From an uncultured Actinomycetes bacterium (lineage in GTDB: Bacteria; Actinomycetota; Thermoleophilia; UBA2241), in contig CAVPVX010000002.1 of the NCBI GenBank assembly GCA_963709345.1, positions 128,001 through 192,000 on the forward strand: DNA of 64,000 bases, given 5' to 3'. Each line of letters begins with the position of its first letter. The first letter of the stretch is position 1. This document shows positions 1 to 7,875 of this stretch, piece by piece. A program made the position numbers and the translations under genes. Below the pieces are notes generated by a model. That model did no database searches, was not told the origin of the DNA, and saw nothing but the letters and a program-made list of their open reading frames with translations.

Positions 1-398
1 TGCTCCTGGATGCGGTGAGCGATGGTCCGCGGCGGACCGAACAGCCGCCGGCTCCCGGTGACGTCGAGGTACGCCTCGTCGATGGACGCCACCTCGACGA
101 GATCGGTGTACCGCCCCAGCAGTTCCACGAGGGAGCGATGCACCGCCAGGTACGCCTGCATGTCGACCGGCAGGAACACCCCGCTCGGGCAGAGCCGCTC
201 GGCCCGCATGATGGGCAGCGCGCTGTGCACCCCGTAAGCGCGCGCCTCGTAGGAGCAGGCCGAGACCACACCACGGCCGCCGCGCTCACCGCCGACGATC
301 ACCGGCAAGCCGCGCAGCTCGGGACGACGCGCCTGCTCGACCGAAGCGAAGAAGGCGTCCATGTCGAGGTGGAGGATCTGCCGTTCGGATACGAACAT
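1..398 (-). CDS. dinB: DNA polymerase IV (Y-family), 5' part; runs off window start
   Basis: Manual translation from ATG at 398: MFVSERQILHLDMDAFFASVEQ...VVSACSYEARAYGVHSA...SIDEAYLD, the hallmark DinB motifs; not in ORF track. Confidence 0.95.
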   Translation of the reverse strand, partial: MFVSERQILHLDMDAFFASVEQARRPELRGLPVIVGGERGGRGVVSACSYEARAYGVHSALPIMRAERLCPSGVFLPVDMQAYLAVHRSLVELLGRYTDLVEVASIDEAYLDVTGSRRLFGPPRTIAHRIQE

Positions 399-436
399 AC
401 GTTCGTACCCTACTCCCGGCAGGGCCGCGCGGTCAA
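390..436 (-). promoter_or_regulatory. dinB promoter with LexA (SOS) box overlapping the start codon
   Basis: TACGAAC-ATAC-GTTCGTA palindrome at 390-407; minus-strand TTGACC (436-431)-N18-TAGGGT (412-407). Confidence 0.85.
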
Positions 437-800
437 TGCGGAGGTGACCCCCGCATCCTCAGCAGGTGGCGGCGACCGACGTCCACGGTGTACATGATGG
501 CGCCCGGAATACCCTTGAAGGCGCCACGGGAACATCCGATCCCGACGTCGCGCCAGCGCGCGCCCAAAGTGATGCGCCGGTGGCTGCTGGGGCGCATCCA
601 TTGCCTGAACACGCTCTCGGAAGTCCCGCGCGCCGCCGTACCCCAGGCGATCATTTCCCCCACCGACCACCGGGAACTGCCACGAAGGCCGTACCCGGCA
701 CGGCGCGTCCGAGGGGAGCGGCCGCCGCCATTCCCGCCGAACTGGTCACCATGAGTACGGCGATCGCCGCAAGGATCAGGCTGGTCCCGAAAGCCTCCCC
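433..800 (-). pseudogene. CAP/SCP-domain secreted protein remnant
   Basis: RAGYG..RWSVGEMIAWG...FRQWMRPSSHRRITLG..WRDVGIG...YTVDVG matches the CAP C-terminal half; signal-peptide-like stretch (SLILAAIAVLMVTSSAGMAAAA) lies just upstream in another frame; middle of gene missing. Confidence 0.6.
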
Positions 801-841
801 TGAGAAGTCGGGCGTTCAGGCGTCATCCGGCGTCGGGAAGC

Positions 842-1189
842 TCAGCCCTGCTCACCGAGCGGCAACCGCGGCACGTCACCCCACAGCGTCTCGAGCCTGT
901 AGAACTCGCGCGCGGTGGTGGTGAACACGTGGACGACGACGTCGATGTAGTCGATGAGAACCCACTCTGCTTCACGGTCGCCCTCGACGCGCGCGGGTCG
1001 CCGTTCCGGCCGCAGTTCGATCTGGATCTCGTCGGCGATCGCCTTGGTCTGACGCGTGTTGGCGCCGGTGCACACGACGAAGTAGTCGGTGTAGCTGACG
1101 GTGTCGCCCATCTGAAGGACGACGATGTCCTCGGCCTTCTTGCCGGCCGCGAGAGCGGCGATGTCAAGCGCCAGACGTTCTGCGCTCAT
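842..1189 (-). CDS. rsfS: ribosome silencing factor RsfS
   Basis: KKAEDIVVL..TDYFVVCTG..TRQTKAIAD...WVLIDYIDVVVHVF...REFYRLETLWGD. Confidence 0.95.
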   Translation of the reverse strand: MSAERLALDIAALAAGKKAEDIVVLQMGDTVSYTDYFVVCTGANTRQTKAIADEIQIELRPERRPARVEGDREAEWVLIDYIDVVVHVFTTTAREFYRLETLWGDVPRLPLGEQG

Positions 1190-1206
1190 GAGTTCGGCGT
1201 CGGCGG

Positions 1207-2367
1207 CTACGGCTGGTCCTTCGATGTCGGTTGCGCCGCCTTGAAGTCGGCCCCGAGGATCACTTCGACGGTGGCCGGCGGCAGTTCGGCGCCGTCGAGG
1301 ACGACGCCGCGGCCGAGTATAGCACGGACCTCGCGAGCCACCGGGAGCGTCTCGGGCCCCGCAAGGATCTGCGTCCGTTCGTACGAGAAGCTGTCGGCGT
1401 TGAGAGGCGCCGGGAGATTGACGTCGAGGCTGGAGAGCAGTTGCACGGCAGCTTCGCCGACGCCGACCCTGCCGCTCCCGTTGCGTACCTGCACGGTCAC
1501 GTCGGCCTCGTACTCGGGAGCGCGACGCGTGATCTCGGCCATCACGCCCTCGGGGTCGGGGACGAAGGCGAACTGGCCCTCGGCCACCCTCGTCCAGGAC
1601 GGGAACCTCGTCACGGACGCTGCGCCCGCGGTGATCCGGTCCACGACCGCCGCGAGACCCAGCCCCGTCTCCGGTGACGCCGCCCCAGGGCTCTCCGGCG
1701 GCGGCGAAGATCCGCCGGCCGCGCGCAGCGCCGCGGCCTCGAGCGCCGACTCGACCAGGGCGACCTGGAGGTCGACAACGTCTTCCCGGTCGGCGCCCGT
1801 CGCCGTGAAGACCGCGGGAAGATCGGCCGTCGCGACCATGTCGCCGTCCTCGACCACCCGGCTGCCCGTCTCCAGGTCGATCGCCACGGGCTGCTCGAGA
1901 GTGACCTGCAGCTGGTCCGCTCCACTCCACTTCCCGAGAGAGACCACCGGCAGACGATGGACGGCGTCGATGGGCGCACGCACCACCCGCGAGAGGTCTT
2001 CGCGGAGGTTGCCGGCCGTCATGGCGTCGCCGGCGAACACGTACTCCCCGTTCGGGCCCTCCAGCAGGAGATCCGGCGGGACGAGGTGGACGGCGGGGTC
2101 GGAGCCGACGGGGTCCTGCACGACGAGCAGCGCCGCGACCGGGTCGTCCTCTCCGTCCGCGGTCAGCTCGATCGCGACGAGATAGCCGCTCCGCTCGGGA
2201 GCCGGCTCGCCCCCGATCCAGCGTGCCGCCAGATACCATGCCCCGAGGACCGCCACGAAGGCCACGGCGGCGGCGAGGACGTAGAGCATCCAGGCCTGCG
2301 AACGCTCGACCGACGAACGACGACGGCGTCGCAGGCGGTCGGTTCTGTACCCCTTACGTTCCGGCAT
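1207..2367 (-). CDS. LCP-like membrane protein with C-terminal LytR_C domain
   Basis: N-terminal TM; C-terminal VQVRNGSGRVGVG...NADSFSYERTQI...VILGADF; usual position between yqeK and rsfS. Confidence 0.75.
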   Translation of the reverse strand: MPERKGYRTDRLRRRRRSSVERSQAWMLYVLAAAVAFVAVLGAWYLAARWIGGEPAPERSGYLVAIELTADGEDDPVAALLVVQDPVGSDPAVHLVPPDLLLEGPNGEYVFAGDAMTAGNLREDLSRVVRAPIDAVHRLPVVSLGKWSGADQLQVTLEQPVAIDLETGSRVVEDGDMVATADLPAVFTATGADREDVVDLQVALVESALEAAALRAAGGSSPPPESPGAASPETGLGLAAVVDRITAGAASVTRFPSWTRVAEGQFAFVPDPEGVMAEITRRAPEYEADVTVQVRNGSGRVGVGEAAVQLLSSLDVNLPAPLNADSFSYERTQILAGPETLPVAREVRAILGRGVVLDGAELPPATVEVILGADFKAAQPTSKDQP

Positions 2368-2923
2368 GGCTCTCGTTGTACAACGCCAGCGCGGCCGGCA
2401 CCACCCCACGTCCGCGGCCGATGATGTCGAGGAGACTGAGCTGCGCCGCCGCTGCCGCCGCGTCGTCGAGAGAGATACGCGCCAGAGCGCGCACCCTCTC
2501 GACGCCGGGGAAGTCCCGGCCCGGTTCGCAGTAGTCGGCCAGATAGACGCACTTCTCGAGCACGCTCATGCCGGGACCACCCACCGTGTGCAACGCGATC
2601 GCCGCCGCGATCCGCGGGTCGAGGCCCGCGGCGCCCAGTTCGGCCGCGGCCACGGGGCCGTGCAGGATGTGCTTCGGTCTGCTCGCCTCGACCGGCCCCA
2701 CCGGTATCCCGTAGCGCTCCGCCGCCGCCAGCGTCTCGGCATCGGTCAGCTCTCGGCAGTAGTCGTGCAGCAGACCCGCGACCTCGGCCGCCGCGGGGTC
2801 GGCCCCGTAGCGTCTCGCCAGGACGACCGCCTCGGTGGCCACGCGATGAGCGTGCCTGCGACGCTTGGCGCTCAGGCGCTCGGCGATCAGCCGCTCCGCC
2901 GTCTCGCGATCGATCGCCGTCAC
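2354..2923 (-). CDS. yqeK: HD-domain Ap4A hydrolase YqeK
   Basis: RRHAHRV, GLLHDYCR, LHGPVAA, ALHTVG, YLADYCEPGRDFPG; follows nadD. Confidence 0.9.
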   Translation of the reverse strand: MTAIDRETAERLIAERLSAKRRRHAHRVATEAVVLARRYGADPAAAEVAGLLHDYCRELTDAETLAAAERYGIPVGPVEASRPKHILHGPVAAAELGAAGLDPRIAAAIALHTVGGPGMSVLEKCVYLADYCEPGRDFPGVERVRALARISLDDAAAAAAQLSLLDIIGRGRGVVPAALALYNESHAGT

Positions 2924-3519
2924 CGGTACAGGCCGAGCTCGTGGATGCGCTGCTCCACCGGGCCCGGCACGAGATAGCGGATGGGTCTGCCCGCGGCGAC
3001 ACGAGCCCGAACATCCGAGGATGAGATGCCGAGCAGCGGCGCCGCGAGCAGCGTGAAGCGGTCGGCGCCCCAGCGCTCCGCCGCCGCGGCCACGGCCTCC
3101 GGCGAGTGCCCGGGACGCGGCGCCACGGCGATGGAACAGGTCGCGAGCATCGCCTCGGGATCATGCCAGGTCTCGAGCTGGAGCAGGGAGTCCGAGCCCA
3201 TGATGAAGACGAGGTCCCTCCCCGGATAGCGCTCGGCGAGAGCCGCGAGCGTGTCCTTCGTGTACACGAGGTCCTGGTCCATCTCGATGCCGGAGGCGGT
3301 GAAGCGCAGGTCGTCCAGCACAGCCCGCTCGGTGAGCTCCAGCCGAAGAGGCGCCGAGGCACGTTTCGCCGGCTTCTTGTGCGGCGGGGCCGCCGCGGGC
3401 ACGAACAGCACCCGCTCGAGGGCCAGCGTATGAGCGGCTTCGGAGGCGATCGCCAGGTGAGCGATATGCGGAGGGTCGAAGCTCCCCCCCAGCACGCCGA
3501 GACGAGGTCGCGGCGCCAT
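2920..3519 (-). CDS. nadD: nicotinate-nucleotide adenylyltransferase
   Basis: GGSFDPPHIAH, FIMGSDS, ISSSDVR motifs; ATG at 3519. Confidence 0.95.
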   Translation of the reverse strand: MAPRPRLGVLGGSFDPPHIAHLAIASEAAHTLALERVLFVPAAAPPHKKPAKRASAPLRLELTERAVLDDLRFTASGIEMDQDLVYTKDTLAALAERYPGRDLVFIMGSDSLLQLETWHDPEAMLATCSIAVAPRPGHSPEAVAAAAERWGADRFTLLAAPLLGISSSDVRARVAAGRPIRYLVPGPVEQRIHELGLYR

Positions 3520-3526
3520 CACCAGG

Positions 3527-4774
3527 TCAGCCTCGCACCTGCCCATCACCCCAGAGCTCGTACTTGACACACGTAAGCTCCTGCAGGGCGATCGGCCCCC
3601 TGACGTGCAGCTTCTGCGTCGAGATGCCCATCTCGGCGCCAAGGCCGAACGCGCCGCCGTCGGTGAACCGCGTCGAGGCATTGACGTAGACGCACGCCGC
3701 GTCCACCCCGGAGGTGAAGCGGCGCGCCGCCGAGACGTCCTCGGTCACGATGGCCTCGGAGTGCCTGGTGCCGTACGTCGCGATGTGGTCGAGCGCGTCG
3801 TCGAGCGAGTCGACGACGCGCACGGCGAGCTTGAGCGAGAGAAACTCGGTAGCGTAGTGCGTCTTCGTAGCGCGCTTCAGCGACGCATCGCCGATCGCCT
3901 CGGCCGCCGCCTTGTCGACGACGAGCTCGACGCCCCTGCGCTTGAGCTCCTCCGCCACGCGCGGCAGGACCTCGACTGCGACGTCGCGGTGCACGAGCAG
4001 TGTCTCGGCCGCGTTACACACGCCGGGACGCTGGCACTTCGCGTTCACCACGATCGGCACGGCCTTCTCAAGGTCGGCCGCGGCGTCGATGTATACATGG
4101 CAGTTGCCGCCGGCGGCGTAGATCACCGGCACCTTGCTGTGCTCCAGGAGATACTCCTTGAGTTCTTCGCCGCCGCGGGGGATCACGAGGTCGACGAAGC
4201 GCCGCTGCTGGAGCAATTCCGTGAGCTGGCGACGATCCGGCGCCAGGTACGACACCGCTTCTCGCGGCAGCCCCGACTCGATCACGGCGCCCTGCACCAC
4301 GTCGGCGAGGATGCGGTTCGTGTGCTTCGCCGCGCTCCCTCCCCGGAGCACGACGGCGTTCCCCGACTTGAGACACAGCGCCGCCGCGTCGACGGTCACG
4401 TTCGGCCGCGCCTCATAGATGACCGCGATCACCCCGAGCGGCACACGGACCTTGCGCAGCTCGACGCCGCTGTCCAGCCGCCATCCCTCGACGATCTCGC
4501 CCACCGGGTCCGAAAGGGCCGCGATATCCCTCACCGCAGCCTCGACGTCCCGGAGCCGGTCCTCGTCGAGAAGCAGCCTGTCGATCAGCGCGTCGGCCAG
4601 CCGGTTGTCACGCGCCAGACGCACGTCCTCGTCGTTCTCGCTCAAGATCTCGGCGGCCCGCCGGGACAGCGCGTCGGCGACGGCGAAGAGCGCGTCGTCC
4701 TTCGTCGCACGCGGAAGGGCCGCGAGGGTCCGCGCCGCCCGCTGCGCCGCGGCGCACATCTGTTCGATACTCAT
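3527..4774 (-). CDS. proA: glutamate-5-semialdehyde dehydrogenase
   Basis: VPLGVIAVIYEARPNVT, CNAAETLL, NASTRFTDGGAFGLGAEMGISTQKLH. Confidence 0.97.
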   Translation of the reverse strand: MSIEQMCAAAQRAARTLAALPRATKDDALFAVADALSRRAAEILSENDEDVRLARDNRLADALIDRLLLDEDRLRDVEAAVRDIAALSDPVGEIVEGWRLDSGVELRKVRVPLGVIAVIYEARPNVTVDAAALCLKSGNAVVLRGGSAAKHTNRILADVVQGAVIESGLPREAVSYLAPDRRQLTELLQQRRFVDLVIPRGGEELKEYLLEHSKVPVIYAAGGNCHVYIDAAADLEKAVPIVVNAKCQRPGVCNAAETLLVHRDVAVEVLPRVAEELKRRGVELVVDKAAAEAIGDASLKRATKTHYATEFLSLKLAVRVVDSLDDALDHIATYGTRHSEAIVTEDVSAARRFTSGVDAACVYVNASTRFTDGGAFGLGAEMGISTQKLHVRGPIALQELTCVKYELWGDGQVRG

Positions 4775-5877
4775 TCCGCCTCCTCGCCGACGAGCACCAG
4801 GCAGTCCCGGTGCACGACCTCGTCCTCGAGCTGGGGGCTGAGGGCGCGCAGCTCCTCGCTGCGCAGCCCGCACACGCGCCGCAGGTCGCGGGCGCTCATC
4901 GTGCTGAGGCCTCGGGCGATCTCGGCGCCTCCCGGTCCTACGATGGTGACCGCGTCACCCGCCACGAACCCGCCGTGCACGCTGAGAACACCCACGGGGA
5001 GCAGACTCCCGCCACGACGCGCCAGCGCTCGCGCAGCCCCTTCGTCGACCTGCAGGGTACCACGCACGGGCTTCGCGTAGCGGAGCCAGAGCTTGAAGGC
5101 CGATACGTTCGTCGGCCGGGCCGCTATCAGCGTCCCCACCTCTTCCCCGCCGGCGGCCGCGCCAAGGACGCCCGGCCGCGACCCGTTGGCGATGACGGTC
5201 CGCACGTCGGCGGCCGCAGCCATGAGCGCCGCCGCCGTCTTGCCGCGCATGCCGCCGGCGCCACGCCGGGAGGCGTCGCCGACATCGAGAGCGGCGAGGT
5301 CCGCGGGGTCGCCGACCACCCGCACCAGCTCGGCGGAGCCGTCGGTGCGGGGATCGCCCGTGTAGAGCCCGTCCTGATCCGTGAGCAGCACGAGCAGGTC
5401 GGCGCGCAACATGATGGCGACCTGCGCGGCAAGCACGTCGTTGTCGCCGAAGCGGATCTCGTCGGTCGCGGTCGTGTCGTTCTCGTTGACGACAGGGACG
5501 ACGCCCCACGAGAGCAGTCGGCGGAGCGTGTTGCGGCCATTGACGTAGCTGGCGCGGCGGGCGAAGTCCTCGCTCGTGAGAAGGATCTGGGCCGCCGTCA
5601 GCTCGCGGTCGGCGAAAAGGCGCTCATAGTGAGCGAAGAGGCGCCCCTGGCCGACGGCGGAGGCGGCCTGCAGCGCAGGCACCTGCCGCGGCCGTTCTGT
5701 CAAACCGAGCACGTGCTGCCCGCAGGCGATGGCCCCGCTCGACACGAGGACCACCCGCCGGCCGTCGTGCACCAGCGCGGCGACGTCGGCGACGAGCCCC
5801 GAGAGCAGCCGGCGCCGAAGACGCAGGCGGTCGTCGGCGACGGTGCTCGAGCCTACTTTGACGACGATGGTCTTCAC
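4771..5877 (-). CDS. proB: glutamate 5-kinase with PUA domain
   Basis: IVVKVGSS, VSSGAI, NENDT, FGDNDVLAA, GGMRGK; start GTG 5877 inferred. Confidence 0.95.
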   Translation of the reverse strand: MKTIVVKVGSSTVADDRLRLRRRLLSGLVADVAALVHDGRRVVLVSSGAIACGQHVLGLTERPRQVPALQAASAVGQGRLFAHYERLFADRELTAAQILLTSEDFARRASYVNGRNTLRRLLSWGVVPVVNENDTTATDEIRFGDNDVLAAQVAIMLRADLLVLLTDQDGLYTGDPRTDGSAELVRVVGDPADLAALDVGDASRRGAGGMRGKTAAALMAAAADVRTVIANGSRPGVLGAAAGGEEVGTLIAARPTNVSAFKLWLRYAKPVRGTLQVDEGAARALARRGGSLLPVGVLSVHGGFVAGDAVTIVGPGGAEIARGLSTMSARDLRRVCGLRSEELRALSPQLEDEVVHRDCLVLVGEEAE

Positions 5878-5920
5878 GACGACGATTCCAGCAAGACGCC
5901 CTTCGTGGCCGGCCGAGCGC

Positions 5921-7192
5921 TCACGAGAACTCGAACTCCCGGGCGCCGACCACGACGCTGTCGCCCGGGACGGCACCGGCGCGCCGCAGCGCCTCGTTGA
6001 GGCCCGCGCGCTCGATCACCTCCTGCAGGTACGCGACCGCGTCCGGGTTGTCGAGATCCGCTTTGGCAAAGAGCCGCTCCAGCTGGGTGCCGTGCACCAC
6101 GAAGCCTCCGTCCTGCGCGTCCACCGTGAAGGCGGCGAGGCGGTCCGCTCCGGGCCGCAGCACGGTCGCCGGACCCGCATCCGGCGCGCTCTCCGCCGCC
6201 GCGGAGCGGACGGCCATGACTGCGGCGAGCGCGTCCACGACGGCCTTGAGGCCGCGGCCGTCGACGGCCGAGACGAGCAGCCCGGCCGAGGGCCACGTGA
6301 GCCCTCCCAGGAAGGCCCGGGCCGACTCCTCCTCCGAAGGGTCGAGCAGGTCGGACTTGTTCAGCAGGACGACGGATGGCCGCTCGAGAAGCTCGGGACG
6401 GAACTCGGTGAGCTCGACCCGGACGGTGGCGAGCGCGTCCGGCCACGCGTCCACGCCCTCTCCTCCGTCCAGAACGTAGACGATCACCGCCGTGCGCTCG
6501 ATATGTGCCAGAAAGCGATGCCCCAGACCCGCGCCGCGGCTGGCGCCCTCGATGAGCCCGGGGATGTCGGCGATCACCACCGGCCCGTCCTCGAGCCGCA
6601 GGACCCCGAGGTTGGGCTCGACGGTCGTGAACGGATAGGCGGCGACCTTGGGCTTCGCCCTGGTCAGCGCCGCCAGCAGCGACGACTTGCCCGCGTTGGG
6701 GAGCCCCACCAGGCCGACATCGGCGAGGAGCTTCAAGTAGAGCGTGAGCCACGACTCATCGCCGTCCAGCCCGCGCTCCGCGAAGCGAGGCGCCTGGCGC
6801 GTCGAGCTCTTGAAGCAGACGTTGCCGCGGCCGCCCTCGCCGCCGCGCGCCGCCACCAGCAGCTGGCCCTCGCGAACCAGATCCCCGAGCAGCTCACCCT
6901 CGGCGTCGCGGACCTCGGTGCCGACGGGCACCTTGACCACGAGCGCGGCGCCGTCGGCGCCGCGTTTGTTGGCCCCGCGTCCGTGGCCGCCGTCGACGGC
7001 CCGGAAGTGATGCTTATGGCGGAAGTGCGAAAGGTCGTGCAGTTGGCGGGTGGCCAGGAGGACGACGTCACCGCCGGGCGCGCCGTCGCCGCCGTCGGGC
7101 CCGCCTTTGGGCACGTACTTCTCGCGGCGGAAGCTCATGGAGCCGTTTCCGCCGCGACCTCCGCGCACGCTGATGCTGGCCCTGTCGAGCAT
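5921..7192 (-). CDS. obgE: GTPase ObgE
   Basis: FRREKYVPKGGPDGGDG, GLPNAGKS, YPFTT, DIPG, NKSD. Confidence 0.97.
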   Translation of the reverse strand: MLDRASISVRGGRGGNGSMSFRREKYVPKGGPDGGDGAPGGDVVLLATRQLHDLSHFRHKHHFRAVDGGHGRGANKRGADGAALVVKVPVGTEVRDAEGELLGDLVREGQLLVAARGGEGGRGNVCFKSSTRQAPRFAERGLDGDESWLTLYLKLLADVGLVGLPNAGKSSLLAALTRAKPKVAAYPFTTVEPNLGVLRLEDGPVVIADIPGLIEGASRGAGLGHRFLAHIERTAVIVYVLDGGEGVDAWPDALATVRVELTEFRPELLERPSVVLLNKSDLLDPSEEESARAFLGGLTWPSAGLLVSAVDGRGLKAVVDALAAVMAVRSAAAESAPDAGPATVLRPGADRLAAFTVDAQDGGFVVHGTQLERLFAKADLDNPDAVAYLQEVIERAGLNEALRRAGAVPGDSVVVGAREFEFS

Positions 7193-7223
7193 GATGTCTG
7201 CAGCCGGCCGGAGCCGGCGGCGA

Positions 7224-7478
7224 TCAGGCCTCGGGGACGACCGAGATGAAGCGGCCGGCGCCCTTCTCGGTGAAGACGAGCTTGCCCGTCACCTTGGCGA
7301 AGATGGTGTGGTCGACGCCGATGCCGGCGTTCTCGCCGGGGCGAAAGCGGGTGCCGCGCTGGCGCACGATGATCGATCCTGCCGGGACCACCTGGCCGGC
7401 GAAGACCTTGACGCCGAGGCGCTTCGCCTCGGAGTCGCGGCCGTTGCGGCTGGTGCCGGCGCCCTTTTTATGCGCCAT
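7224..7478 (-). CDS. rpmA: 50S ribosomal protein L27
   Basis: [16 protein letters not shown]...IIVRQRGT. Confidence 0.98.
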   Translation of the reverse strand: MAHKKGAGTSRNGRDSEAKRLGVKVFAGQVVPAGSIIVRQRGTRFRPGENAGIGVDHTIFAKVTGKLVFTEKGAGRFISVVPEA

Positions 7479-7482
7479 GCTG

Positions 7483-7821
7483 CTACTCCTTGCTGGCCTT
7501 GAGGGTGATCGACTCGATCGTCAACTTGCTGAGACGACTGCGATGACCCTTCGTCTTCTTGAACGTGCTCTTCGGCTTGTACGTGAAGACCTTGATCTTC
7601 TCGCCGAGGAGATGCTCGCTGACCTTCGCCTTGACCTTGGCGTGCTTGGCCGCGTCGGCGTCGTACGTGCCGCCGCCGTCGCGCACCGCAAGGGTGTCGA
7701 GCGTGATGCTCTTTCCCTCGTCGGCGTCGACGCGGTCGACGACGATGGTGTCGCCGGCGCTGACCTTGAACTGCTGACCACCGACGCGGACGACCGCGTA
7801 GGTCTCACTGGACTTCGTCAT
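7483..7821 (-). CDS. rplU: 50S ribosomal protein L21
   Basis: [13 protein letters not shown]...KKTKGHR; upstream of rpmA. Confidence 0.95.
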   Translation of the reverse strand: MTKSSETYAVVRVGGQQFKVSAGDTIVVDRVDADEGKSITLDTLAVRDGGGTYDADAAKHAKVKAKVSEHLLGEKIKVFTYKPKSTFKKTKGHRSRLSKLTIESITLKASKE

Positions 7822-7875
7822 TTCAACTCCCCACAAGACAACGGCAGGAAATGATAGCCAAACGCACCGGCGAAA

